From Calditrichia bacterium (GTDB lineage: Bacteria; Calditrichota; Calditrichia; JAJRVZ01), in the NCBI GenBank assembly GCA_963796965.1, contig CAWCNS010000002.1, forward strand, positions 240,289-304,288: a DNA stretch of 64,000 nt. Reading direction: 5' to 3'. Position numbers and translations under genes: made by a program. Positions 23,461 to 34,624 of this stretch are shown here, piece after piece. The stretch's first letter is position 1. Every line of letters begins with the position of its first letter. The notes below the pieces were generated by a model. It made no database searches. It saw nothing but the letters and a program-made list of their open reading frames with translations, and had not been told where the DNA came from.

Positions 23461-26400
23461 ATGACAAAATTAATCGATTATTCGCATAATTTATTAGATC
23501 CCCTCTGGATGGAACAGGTATATGGACGGCAGTTTCAGGGATTCCATAGCCTGATGCGCTTTCGTATCACAAATATTCTTCTTGTATCCAGCCTGTATGA
23601 TCTTTACCTCTTCGAGGAAGATGGCCGTCTCTATGAATTGATTCGTCATGAATACCAGGATCTAAATTTGAGCCATTCTCCTGAAATAACCCGTGTTTCC
23701 GCCGGTCATGAGGCAATAAAACTTGCCAGGGCCGAAAAAAGATTTGATCTGATCATTACCACACAACATATAGAAGATATGCATGCGGCCAAATTGGCTG
23801 CAATGGTGAAGAAGTCAGATTTGAATATCCCTGTTGTGCTGCTCGCCTATGATAACCGGGAACTTTCTGAATTAATGTCTCACACGGACACCTCCGGCTT
23901 TGAAGAAATTTTTATCTGGACAGGAAATTTTCGTATTCTGATTGCGATCATAAAATACATTGAGGATCGGTTAAACGTGGAGCACGATTCCAAATTAGTT
24001 GGTGTTCAAACTATAATCCTGATTGAGGACAATATTCGATTTTATTCCTCATTTCTACCCATTTTATATACAGAAATCTTAAAGCAATCCAGACGACTCA
24101 TTTCAGAGGGAGTAAATCTTTCTCATAAATTTTTACGAATGCGCGCCAGACCTAAAATTTTATTATGTACAAATTATGAGGAAGCCTGGAATTATTTCAA
24201 GAAATATGAAAAAAATATTTTAGGCGTCATTTCTGATATAGATTTTAAGAAAGGAGGGAAACAGGATCCCTTGGCAGGTATAAAATTCGCAAGAAATGTC
24301 AGAGCCCGTCATCGAGATATTTCCATACTACTTCAATCCAATAATCAAGACATGAAAGAAGAAGCGCTTAAACTTGGTGTATCCTTTGTTCTAAAAGATT
24401 CACCAACTTTATTGCAGGATGTCCAAAAATTTACTGTCCATAATTTTGGATTTGGAGATTTTATTTTTCGCACAGAGTCGAAGGATGAAGTTGGTCGCGC
24501 AAATGATTTAATCTCCCTTGAAAAGCAATTGGCTATCGTACCTTTGGAGAGTGTCAAATACCATGCTGAACAAAATCACTTCTCTAATTGGCTTAAAGCA
24601 AGAACTGAATTCTGGCTGGCACATCAATTAAGACCAAGGAAAGTATCCGATTTTAAAACTATCGAGGAACTGCGTCAAAATCTCATTGCTACCATGCGTG
24701 GTTATAGAAAACTTCGCCAGCGTGGTATTATAACAGATTTCAGGAAAGAATACTTTTGATCAACAAAATGGCTTTGCCCGCATTGGTGGCGGATCATTGG
24801 GGGGAAAAGCCAGAGGCCTAAGGTTTGTTAATACCTTGATCAACAACTATCAAATTCAAGATAAATTTGAGGGTATAAATATCTATATACCTCCTACAGT
24901 AGTTTTAGGTACCGATGTCTTTGAAGCGTTTATGGAAGAAAACAATTTATTGGATTTCGCTCTAAACGCTACAGATGATATTGAAATCACACAATTATTT
25001 CTACAGGCAAAGTATTTTCCTGAGGATGTTTTAGCCGATCTTGCCGCTTTTCTCGATTTAATAAAAGAGCCCCTGGCTGTGAGATCTTCCAGCTTGCTGG
25101 AGGATTCTCAATATCACCCCTTTGCAGGTGTTTATGAAACCTATTTTTTGCCCAATAAACATATAGATCCTATGATTCGTTTAAGTGAATTGTTGGATAG
25201 TATCAAACGGGTTTATGCCTCCACCTATTATCAAAGTGCGAAAACGTACATCAAAGTAACCTCCTATCGCCTGGAAGAAGAAAAAATGGCCATAATCATT
25301 CAAAAGATGATAGGAACTGCCCATCAGGATCGCTTTTATCCGGATTTTTCAGGTGTTGCAAAGTCATACAATTTCTACCCCATTCACCCCCAGAAATCAT
25401 CAGATGGTACAGTTTCTGTGGCCCTTGGTTTAGGTAAAACCATTGTTGACGGGGGTAATACAGTCATTTTTTCACCCGAATTACCGAAGCATATTCCACA
25501 ATTTTTCTCAGTTAAAGAAACAATGCGCAACAACCAACGTCATTTTTATGCCCTGGATCTAAAATCAGATCCACAAAACATCTTCGAAACTCATGATATT
25601 TTGCTGAAAGAATATTCTCTGGAAGAAGCAGAAGAAGATGGTAGTTTATCCTATGTAGCCTCAACCTACTCACATGAAAACCATGTCATTTACGATGGAA
25701 TGTCCAGATCTGGTCCACGGGTTGTAACCTTTGCTCCAATCCTAAAACACCAAATTATTCCGTTAGCAAAAATCCTGCAAACATTATTAGAATTGGGTAG
25801 TTGGGGTATGGGTACACCGGTAGAAATTGAGTTTGCTGTAAAAATGTCTACTAAATATAAAGATCCCAAAGAATTCGGTCTACTACAAATCAGACCATTA
25901 GTCCTTAACCGAGAGATTGAAGAGTTAAAGATTGAACACGAAGATACAGACCAACTACTCTGCTCAAGCCCCTGGGTTCTGGGACATGGTGTTGTAAATA
26001 AAATAAAGATATTGTATTTGTGAATTATAATAAATATGATCGAAGCAAAAGTCGGTTAGTAGCACAAAGAAGTCAACAAATTTAATGCATTATTATTATC
26101 AGAGAGAATTCAATATCTATTAATCGGTGTCGGTCGCTGGGGCAGCCTTGATCCATGGCTCGGGATTCCAGTTAAGTGGGATCAGATATCCGGTGCTAGA
26201 ATGTATTGTCGAAACCAGCTTTAAGGATTTTATGGTTACCCCTTCTCAAGGTTCACATTTTTTCCAGAATCTCTCTTCATTCCAGGTAGGTTACTTTACT
26301 GTGAATTCGTTTAAGGAAGAGGGTTTTGTTGATTGGGACTGGCTCTTAAATCTCCAGCCAACAACTGAAATGACCTATACGAAACATGTTCGTCTGGATG

Positions 26401-26474
26401 TACCATTGATTGTCCGGATGAATGGTCATCAGAATAAGGGAATTATTATTAAACCAACAGATGGGAATAACTAG
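23461..26474 (+). CDS. Receiver-domain / PEP-synthase (PPDK_N) fusion protein (frameshifts at about 24756, 26010-26070 and 26200)
   Basis: Two REC-like domains, HFSNWL segment, GGKARGL, PLAVRSSSLLED, FAGVYET, VEIEFA, LLQIRP, C-terminal SQGSHFFQNL. Confidence 0.85.
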
Positions 26475-26553
26475 GCAGTATATCAGATTTTCCTACTTCT
26501 CACTCTTCTCTTTTCACTTTTCTTCCGCACGCTCTACTCTCCACCACCTATAA

Positions 26554-26974
26554 TTAGGCTTCTCCAATGATTTGGATGTGTAATTGCCTCTCGCGGGGTC
26601 GGTTGTCAAAATCTAAAAATACGACCTGTTGCCACGTTCCTAATACCAGTTGGCTATTCTCAAATGGGATTGTTATGGAAGGACCTATTAGCGAAGATCT
26701 GAGGTGGGCATAGCCATTGCCATCATGCCAGGTATTATCATGATGATAGTTGGCTTTCATTGGTGCCAGTTTCTCCATCAATTCCGGAAAATCCATTAAT
26801 AATCCAGGCTCATACTCAATCGTTGTTATTCCAGCCTGTGGCACCAGGGACGAATACAATCAAATGTCCGTCTTTCAAATCTGATTCATTTAAATTTTCT
26901 TTTAAATATGGGGTAATATCAATAATATCATTAAACCCCTTAGTTGAAACCTTAAGTTTTTTTTGAATGATCAA
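26554..26974 (-). CDS. yjbQ: YjbQ/UPF0047 family protein (frameshift at about 26830)
   Basis: DIIDIT, YHHD...NGYAHLRSSLIG, LGTWQ. Confidence 0.88.
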
Positions 26975-26988
26975 GCCATTCTCTCCTG

Positions 26989-27465
26989 TCAATCTCCCAG
27001 AATAGAAGCTAAAATGATACCCAGGATGAGCCAGATTGGAATTGAAAATATTAAGGCCCAAATAACACCATTTGCCCACCGTAAACTTCTTCTTAATCCT
27101 CTTTTCTCTAAAGCCCGGTCAATTTTAATTTGTACTTCTTCTACCTGAAATGGCTTTGTTATATAATCATAGGCACCCTTTTTAATCGCTTCAACCGCAG
27201 TTTCAATAGTTGGATGTCCGGTGATCATAACGAAAGGAACATCTCCCTTCCTCGATTTTACCCGTTTTAATAATTCCATCCCATCCATTTCCGGCATGAC
27301 CAGATCGGAGACAACAACATCAACTTTATTTCTGTCGATTATTTTAACGGCTTCCTCACCATTTTTTGCAACTAATGGATTATATTCCAATTTTTTTAGA
27401 AGACGTTCTAACATACTCAGGACATCAGGATCATCATCAACAACGAGTACATTCCGTTTTTTCAT
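26989..27465 (-). CDS. Single receiver-domain protein with C-terminal TM helix
   Basis: VVDDD, SDLVMPEMDG, MITG, KPF, then a hydrophobic tail. Confidence 0.85.
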   Translation of the reverse strand: MKKRNVLVVDDDPDVLSMLERLLKKLEYNPLVAKNGEEAVKIIDRNKVDVVVSDLVMPEMDGMELLKRVKSRKGDVPFVMITGHPTIETAVEAIKKGAYDYITKPFQVEEVQIKIDRALEKRGLRRSLRWANGVIWALIFSIPIWLILGIILASILGD

Positions 27466-27761
27466 TGTGGGCCCCCACTCTAATTTTATCTACTATCATA
27501 GAATAAGTTTAAGAAATATTGCTGTTAAATTCAGAAAGAATCGAATACAATTTCGTCAATTGATAATAAATTATATTTTTAAATTCATTGAATCAATATT
27601 AAATAATTAGGGATATATCTTCAATTAGATTATCGTCTTCAAAAAAGATTTCTTTAAGATCTTCTAAAGTATAAAACGATAATACTTTACATCTTTGAAA
27701 TTCTCTATTATATTCTGCTCGAATAAATCAAACTGATACAATAAAGAGGAAGATAGACCAT

Positions 27762-28223
27762 ATGATTGAAAATATAAAGAATTTATTTTCAGAAAAGATG
27801 CAGCCCATAAAAGAAGAGATTCATCCTGACCAAAATAAAATTTCTATAGCAACCTGTGCCCTTTTATTGGAGATGGCTCATTCTGACTCAGAGTTTAGTG
27901 CCGAGGAAAAACAACATATTTTGGAAATCCTGAAGAAAAATTTTGTTCTAGGGGAAAACGACGCAGAGGATCTTTTACTTTTAGCAGAACAGGAGAGGAA
28001 AGAAAGCCTTGATCTCTGGCAATTCACAAATCTTATAAACGAAAATTATTCACGCGAAGACAAACTAAAAGTAGTCGATACCCTCTGGCAAGTTATTTTC
28101 ACCGACGGAAAAATTAATCAACATGAAGATTATTTAATCCGAAAATTAACCAATCTTTTAAATCTTCAGCATGAGGACATGATCGCTGCTAAATTAAAAA
28201 CAAGAGAGCGTTTTGCTCAGTAG
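27762..28223 (+). CDS. TerB-family protein
   Basis: ALLLEMAHSDSEFSAEE...LWQVIFTDGKINQHE. Confidence 0.85.
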   Translation: MIENIKNLFSEKMQPIKEEIHPDQNKISIATCALLLEMAHSDSEFSAEEKQHILEILKKNFVLGENDAEDLLLLAEQERKESLDLWQFTNLINENYSREDKLKVVDTLWQVIFTDGKINQHEDYLIRKLTNLLNLQHEDMIAAKLKTRERFAQ

Positions 28224-28439
28224 AAACTAAGAATCGCCACCCTCTCTCTTCCCCTCCTTACTAAGGAGTGGGACTAGGGGGAGGTTACTATAATTGTAAT
28301 ATGTGGTAAATGAAATTGTAGAGCGTATAGCGTCTGACTTAACATTATGCTCTCTGCACTCTGCGTCTTAATATAGGCGAAGAGAATGATATCTCTTTAA
28401 CTGAGTAAAATAGCATAGAAAATATAAATGAGGTGAAAA

Positions 28440-28763
28440 ATGCTTGTAACAACAACACCTAATATCGAAGGCAAGAAAATTATTGCCTACAAGGGCTTGG
28501 TTAGCGGTGAGGCAATTTTAGGAGCCAACCTTTTTAAAGATCTTTTTGCCAGTATCACAGATGTAATAGGTGGCAGGTCTGGTTCATACGAAAAGGAATT
28601 GCGAAAAGCGAAGGATCTCGCGCTGGGTGAGATGAAGGAAGAAGCCAGCCGGTTAGGATGTAATGCCGTTATAGCAGTCGATTTGGATTATGAAACTATT
28701 GGCGGTGGCGGTGGAAACATGTTGATGGTTAGTGCCAGCGGTACGGCTGTGGTTATTGAATAG
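28440..28763 (+). CDS. YbjQ/UPF0145 family protein
   Basis: [30 protein letters not shown]. Confidence 0.92.
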   Translation: MLVTTTPNIEGKKIIAYKGLVSGEAILGANLFKDLFASITDVIGGRSGSYEKELRKAKDLALGEMKEEASRLGCNAVIAVDLDYETIGGGGGNMLMVSASGTAVVIE

Positions 28764-28793
28764 TTATCCTTTACCTGTAGTTAAAAAAACTGT

Positions 28794-29363
28794 TTGAAAT
28801 TTAAATCACTCATTATGCTCATATTTGTACTCCTAATATCCACCACTGCAATTGCTTTACTGATCGCCATTTTGATCGGAAAAAGATGGTCTTCATGGTC
28901 AATACCATTATGGTTCGTAATCCTCTTGATACTTCTTTCAGTCCTCAGCATCATCTTTATTATCCAACAGACAGATGAGATATCGGCAGGCTTTTCCAGA
29001 CAAAACTGGCCTTCTACTAATGCTGAGATTGTTGAAACAAATATCACCGGTGAGAGTGCTTACAGCCCTGAGATTACCTGTCAATACAAGATTGACGGTA
29101 AAGAATATGTGCTCAAGACAGATATGAAGACCCCGGGTTTTGGTAGAAAGAAATCTCGTCAACAAACCTCAAGAATTATTATCCGTGAATATTCTGTTGG
29201 ATCAGAGGTCACTGTCTTTTATAATCCTAATGATCCGCAGGAATCTTTTATACGCACCGGACCATACTGGAATAATTATTTGATACTAGCCACAGGAATG
29301 ATTTTTTTATGCCTTGGAATAATTGTATCTTTAGGTTCTTTAATTAAACTAAAACAAGGATGA
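28794..29363 (+). CDS. DUF3592-domain membrane protein
   Basis: NWPST...Y.IDGKEY...VGSEVTVFYNPNDP flanked by TM helices. Confidence 0.75.
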   Translation: MKFKSLIMLIFVLLISTTAIALLIAILIGKRWSSWSIPLWFVILLILLSVLSIIFIIQQTDEISAGFSRQNWPSTNAEIVETNITGESAYSPEITCQYKIDGKEYVLKTDMKTPGFGRKKSRQQTSRIIIREYSVGSEVTVFYNPNDPQESFIRTGPYWNNYLILATGMIFLCLGIIVSLGSLIKLKQG

Positions 29364-29520
29364 TGATTACAAAAACAAGATTATAATTGATAAGGATATT
29401 CATCCAACATCAACAGAATAATAGACGATATTAATAAGGTAAAGATTGTTCCGACAAAAGAGTGACTTCCTGTAAACTTGTCGGTATTAATTCTTCCAGA
29501 ATTTAAAAAGGGGTATTGTT

Positions 29521-30111
29521 ATGTATAGAATGGTTTTAATATTTTCAGCATATATTGCTTTCTCATTTATATTGGGTGGATGTGGTAAGAGTGAAGAATC
29601 AAGCAAACCTGAACTTCAGTCCGGACATGGAGAGAAAATCAGTTCTGGAGAACTAACTTATACACCAGCGGCAGAGTGGATAAAAGAAAAACCTCGCAGT
29701 TCAATGCGTAAAGCCCAGTACAAATTCCCGGGTGTAGGACAATCCGGAGATGCTGAAATGGCTGTATTTGTATTTCCTGGTAGTGGAGGCGGTGTGCAAG
29801 CTAATATTGATCGTTGGATAGGACAGTTTAAACAGCCTGATGGTAGCAGTTCTGCTGATAAGGCTGAAATAAAAAATTCGACAAGTAATGGATTACCGGT
29901 CACCCTCATCTATGTAACCGGCACACATTTGAGTGGATCAATGGGTGGGCCCATGGGGGGCAATACCCAAGAGCTTCCCGGTTTCGCCATGCTGGCTGCT
30001 ATCGTAGAGACATCAAGTGATCCCTGGTTTTTTAAGGCTATTGGCCCGCAAGCCACAATTGATCACTGGCGCCCAGCCTTTGAATCTTTTGCCAAGACAT
30101 TCAAACAATAA
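29521..30111 (+). CDS. Hypothetical lipoprotein
   Basis: LGGC lipobox; SSMRKAQY, GGGVQANIDRWIGQF, WFFKAIGP. Confidence 0.7.
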   Translation: MYRMVLIFSAYIAFSFILGGCGKSEESSKPELQSGHGEKISSGELTYTPAAEWIKEKPRSSMRKAQYKFPGVGQSGDAEMAVFVFPGSGGGVQANIDRWIGQFKQPDGSSSADKAEIKNSTSNGLPVTLIYVTGTHLSGSMGGPMGGNTQELPGFAMLAAIVETSSDPWFFKAIGPQATIDHWRPAFESFAKTFKQ

Positions 30112-30118
30112 CAGATAT

Positions 30119-30613
30119 ATGAAGTTGGCAACCCTCTGTTATCTTAAACGTGATAATAAAACACTGATGCTTCATCGGGTTAAAAGAAAGAATGATATTC
30201 ATCAGGATAAATGGAATGGATTAGGTGGAAAATTTCTTCCCGGAGAGTCTCCGGAAGAATGTGTAATAAGAGAAGTCGAAGAAGAAAGTGGCTATAAAAT
30301 TAAAAAGCCCGTTCTAAAGGGGGTATTAACCTTTCCTGAGTTCAGTGCTGGTGAGGATTGGTACGTTTTTGTCTATATCTCCCATGATTTTAATGGGAAT
30401 CAGATTGATTCAAATGAAGGCAATCTTTCATGGATTGATGACGAAAAGTTACTTCAATTGCCCCTTTGGGAAGGAGATAAATATTTTCTGAAATGGATAA
30501 CGAGAGATGTTTTCTTTTCAGGAAAGTTTTATTATCGGGATGGTGCTCTAATTGACCATAATATGGTTGTCCATCACTGTCCAGATGAATCTTTGTATAG
30601 GAAGAGAAAATAA
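30119..30613 (+). CDS. NUDIX hydrolase, 8-oxo-dGTP diphosphatase-like
   Basis: KWNGLGGKFLPGESPEECVIREVEEESG Nudix box. Confidence 0.9.
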   Translation: MKLATLCYLKRDNKTLMLHRVKRKNDIHQDKWNGLGGKFLPGESPEECVIREVEEESGYKIKKPVLKGVLTFPEFSAGEDWYVFVYISHDFNGNQIDSNEGNLSWIDDEKLLQLPLWEGDKYFLKWITRDVFFSGKFYYRDGALIDHNMVVHHCPDESLYRKRK

Positions 30614-30675
30614 CATCTAATATTCGACTATAGATGGCACCCTGGCTCAAGGGGGCAAAAAAGCACCGGACGAGA

Positions 30676-31915
30676 ATGTATATCCAGCAATGTATCACAT
30701 GCAACAGACAATTTGATAGCAGTACTTTTTTGTATACCTGTCCTGATTGTGGAGATATTTCCGGTACGCTCGACATTATCTATCCTTACGAAAATATCCG
30801 TGGTTATCTCACTAAAGATTTATTTCTATCATCTCCCACTAAGGGTATTTTACGCTACCAGGATCTATTGCCTGTATCTTCTGTTAAGCCAGAAACCCAA
30901 TTTAAAATAGGCCCAACCCCACTCTATGATTTTTCTGATATAGCCAAGGAAACTGGCATTCGTCAAATGTCAATTAAAGATGACAGTTTTAACCCGAGTT
31001 TAAGTTTAAAGGACCGGGCTACTATCATATCTCTTTTGAGGGCTAAGGAACTAGGATTTAAAGTTGCTGCAACTGCTTCAACAGGCAATGCGGCGGCCTC
31101 TCTGGCATGTATTGGAACAAACCTGGGTTTTAAAACAGTTATTTTTGTTCCTGAATCAATCCCCAAACCAAAACTCATCCAATTACAAATATTCGGATCA
31201 ACAATTATTCTTGTAAAAGGGAACTATGATAAGGCTTTTGATTTATGCCGACAAGTTTCCGATAAAAGAAAATGGTTCAACCGCTCTACTGCTATCAATC
31301 CCTTTAATATTGAGGGGAAAAAAACGGTTGCATTCGAAATGAGTGAACAACTCGGGTTTAGTATTCCCGATTTTGTTTTTGTTCCTGTTGGAGATGGTTC
31401 AATAATAAGTGGGGTTTGGAAAGGGTTTCAGGAATTTCATACCCTGGGATTAATAGAGCGGTTGCCGCAGGTCATTGCCTGCCAATCCATGGGAAGCGCA
31501 GTCTATCCATAATGCCTTTAAAATCCGAGAGGCAGTACCTACCCCCGTTAAAGCCACAACAATTGCCGATAGTATTTCGGTAGATCTTCCCAGAGACGGA
31601 GTCAAAGCCCTAAGAGCTCTGAGAGAATCTAACGGTGATGCCGTTGTCATATCCGACCAGGAAATTTTGCAAGCCCAAAAAAGGATCGCTAACCAAAAAG
31701 GTGTTTTTTGTGAGCCATCAGCAGCAACAGCTTTTGCCGGGTTTCTCAAATTCTGTGAAACCAATCTTATAAAAAATGATAGCCATGCTCTTGTTTTGCT
31801 AACCGGAAGTGGGATGAAGGATCTGAATGCGGCCGAAAAAATCGCCAAATCCAATACTGTAATCAGATTTGATCCAAATCAAGATGATATCGAAAGGAAA
31901 TTAGGAAATATCTAA
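30676..31915 (+). CDS. Threonine-synthase-like PLP enzyme (frameshift at about 31500)
   Basis: N-terminal CxxC...CxxC, NPSLSLKDR, ASTGNAAAS, PVGDG, EPSA, LTGSGMKD. Confidence 0.85.
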
Positions 31916-31985
31916 ACTTCTCATATTTGTCAATTGGCGATTATCCATTGACAATTGATGAGTAAATGAATTGGAGACTCAGGAT

Positions 31986-33188
31986 ATGGATTTTGAAAAA
32001 ATAAAATTATTAGCGGAGGATTTTACTGAAAATTCGGCAAAATTCTTGCGTGATATTATTGCAATCCCTTCAACCAGTTGCAATGAGGGACCGGTTATTG
32101 AAAGAATTGGTTCTGAGATGCAAACGGTTGGATTTGACGATGTTACAGTCGATCCCATGGGAAATATTCTCGGAAGAATTGGAAATGGCAGACATATAAT
32201 TGCTATGGATGGTCATGTGGATACGGTTGGGGTTGGAAATCCGACCAATTGGAAACACGATCCCTTTAAAGGAAGACTCGAAAACGGCATAATCTATGGT
32301 CGCGGTGCAACAGATATGAAAGGGGCCATGGCAGCGATGATCTATGCCGGAAAGATAATCAAGGACCTTGGGTTGGATGATGATTATACACTTTATATAA
32401 CAGGTACTGTCCAGGAAGAAGATTGTGATGGACTCTGCTGGCAATATATTATCAATGAGGATAAAATTGTTCCGGAGCTGGTGATCATTGCTGAACCGAC
32501 AAATTTACAGATTTACCGAGGTCAACGGGGAAGAATGGAATTTGAAGTAATTAGCGAAGGATTGTCTTCACATGGTGCTGCACCCGAGCGGGGTATTAAT
32601 GCCATATATAAAATGGCCCCCATTATTGAAGAAATCGAACAACTTAATGAAACATTAAAATCCGATGATTTTTTAGGAAAAGGAAGTATTACAATCAGCC
32701 AAATTCGATCCGGATCACCATCACTTAATGCTGTTGCAGATATATGTGCGATCTATCTTGACCGCCGTCTCACTGCCGGGGAGACTCAGGAGACAGCCCA
32801 GGCTGAAATAATGAATCTTTCTTCGTTCAAGGATGCAGGGGCCAAAATCATTACACCTGAATACAATGTAGCCAGTTACACTGGTCTTAAATATAAAATG
32901 CAGAAATACTATGCCACCTGGACATTGGCTGAAGATCATCCCAGTCTGCAAATAGCTAAAGAATTATATGAGGGTTTGTATGGAAAATTAGCCATAACCG
33001 GAAAATGGGGATTTAGTACGAATGGTGTTTCAACAGCTGGAATTTTTAACATACCCACTTTTGGATTCGGCCCGGCTCATGAAATTTATGCACATTCAGT
33101 TGATGACCAGTGTCCCATTAGTCATTTGACCGAAGCAATGAAATTTTATGCAGCTTTTCCAAAATATTACACACAATCACAAAAATAA
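31986..33188 (+). CDS. ygeY: YgeY-family M20 hydrolase
   Basis: DGHVDTVG, GRGATDMKG, TVQEEDCDGLCWQY, YRGQRGRME, FSTNGV. Confidence 0.9.
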   Translation: MDFEKIKLLAEDFTENSAKFLRDIIAIPSTSCNEGPVIERIGSEMQTVGFDDVTVDPMGNILGRIGNGRHIIAMDGHVDTVGVGNPTNWKHDPFKGRLENGIIYGRGATDMKGAMAAMIYAGKIIKDLGLDDDYTLYITGTVQEEDCDGLCWQYIINEDKIVPELVIIAEPTNLQIYRGQRGRMEFEVISEGLSSHGAAPERGINAIYKMAPIIEEIEQLNETLKSDDFLGKGSITISQIRSGSPSLNAVADICAIYLDRRLTAGETQETAQAEIMNLSSFKDAGAKIITPEYNVASYTGLKYKMQKYYATWTLAEDHPSLQIAKELYEGLYGKLAITGKWGFSTNGVSTAGIFNIPTFGFGPAHEIYAHSVDDQCPISHLTEAMKFYAAFPKYYTQSQK

Positions 33189-33478
33189 TCTTGACAGGAT
33201 AATCCCGACAAAAACGGGATCCAAAAGACGGACAGGATTTACAGGATTATTATTTAGAGAGACGTTATCTATTTTGTAATGATCTACTTAATTGTTTATC
33301 TGCTTATTAACCACAAAGTACACCAAGATAAATTTCTTAATAAATACTTTGTGATCTTAGTGCCTTGTTAGTGAACTTTTGCCATATGTATCCCTATAGG
33401 AGTGGTAAATCTTTTATCCTGTCTAAAATTTGGAAAGAAAATAGTACAATTTTCTCATTCTAAATGAAAGGTATATAA

Positions 33479-34459
33479 ATGAGTGAAATATTACGAGGTA
33501 GAGATTATATCGAAACATCTGATTTTACAAACAATGAAATTGAATTATTATTAGAAAAATCAACAGAATTAAAAGATAAATTCAAGTCAGGCATACCCCA
33601 TAAAAATTTAGATGATAAAACAATATTTCTATTCTTTTTTGATAAATCCACCCGGACACGTAACTCTTTTGAGGCTGGAATCACCCAGTTAGGTGGCCAT
33701 GCCCATTTTATTGAAGCAAGCTCTTCGCAGGTGGCTCATGGTGAAAGCCCTAAAGACATGGGAATCATCTTATCCAGTTACGGTCATGGAATTGCCATTC
33801 GCCATGATTTGGTTCCCGGGGAAGGAAATACTTATATGCGTGAAGTGGCTAAATGGGCTGATGTACCGGTTATAAATATGCAATGCGATGTGGACCATCC
33901 CTGTCAGACGTTAGCTGATTTGATGACCATCCGAGAGAAATTAGGTAAAGATCTTCGCAGGAAAAAGCTTGCTGTTAGTTGGGCCTATGCTCCAAGTTAT
34001 GCAAAGCCCATGTCGGTCCCCCAGGGATTAATTACATTAATGACCAGATTTGGGATGGACATCGTTCTCGCCCATCCACCAGAATACAAGTTAATGGATA
34101 ATACGGTAAAAAAAGCTGAAGATTTTGCCGATAAATACAACTCAAATTTTGAAATCGTAGATAATATGGATGAAGCATTTGAAAAAGCCGATATTGTCTA
34201 TCCTAAGAGTTGGGGTATCGAAGAATTATTTCACCAACCAGAAGAGGCATTGGCAATTTCTGCACAGTATAATGATTGGATTTGTACCGAGGAGCGAATG
34301 AAATTGGCAAATCCCAATGCTATCTATATGCATTGCCTTCCGGCTGATCGTGGGAACGAAGTAACAGATGCTGTAATCGATGGTCCCCAATCCGTGGTAT
34401 ATCAGGAGGCAGAAAATCGATTGCATACCTGCAAGGCAATTATGTCACTGATGATGTAG
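33479..34459 (+). CDS. ygeW: YgeW-like carbamoyltransferase
   Basis: STRTRNSF, DHPCQTLAD, WAYAPSYAKPMSVPQ, MHCLPAD; follows ygeY. Confidence 0.75.
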   Translation: MSEILRGRDYIETSDFTNNEIELLLEKSTELKDKFKSGIPHKNLDDKTIFLFFFDKSTRTRNSFEAGITQLGGHAHFIEASSSQVAHGESPKDMGIILSSYGHGIAIRHDLVPGEGNTYMREVAKWADVPVINMQCDVDHPCQTLADLMTIREKLGKDLRRKKLAVSWAYAPSYAKPMSVPQGLITLMTRFGMDIVLAHPPEYKLMDNTVKKAEDFADKYNSNFEIVDNMDEAFEKADIVYPKSWGIEELFHQPEEALAISAQYNDWICTEERMKLANPNAIYMHCLPADRGNEVTDAVIDGPQSVVYQEAENRLHTCKAIMSLMM

Positions 34460-34460
34460 A

Positions 34461-34493
<33 letters not shown>

Positions 34494-34624
34494 ATAAAAG
34501 TTGTGTCCAATTTATTGTCGTGTCAAGTATTATATGAATATCCCTGTCCCTGGCATCTCGGATCGCGTATCCCGATTCCCAAATCAAAATTCCACTGCAA
34601 AGAACCGAATTCCAAGAACCAAGT

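Noticed and set aside
24750..24800. TGA at 24757 as a real gene boundary or recoding site
   Set aside because: Removing one T from the T-run gives continuous YFDQQNGFARIGGGSLGGKARG, a typical homopolymer error.
27762..30613. TerB, YbjQ, DUF3592, lipoprotein and NUDIX genes as a defence island
   Set aside because: These are common stand-alone families, with no nuclease, ATPase, toxin or mobility gene alongside.
33479..34459. Calling this gene argF (ornithine carbamoyltransferase)
   Set aside because: The WAYAPSYAKPMSVPQ motif and the position next to ygeY point to the YgeW clade.
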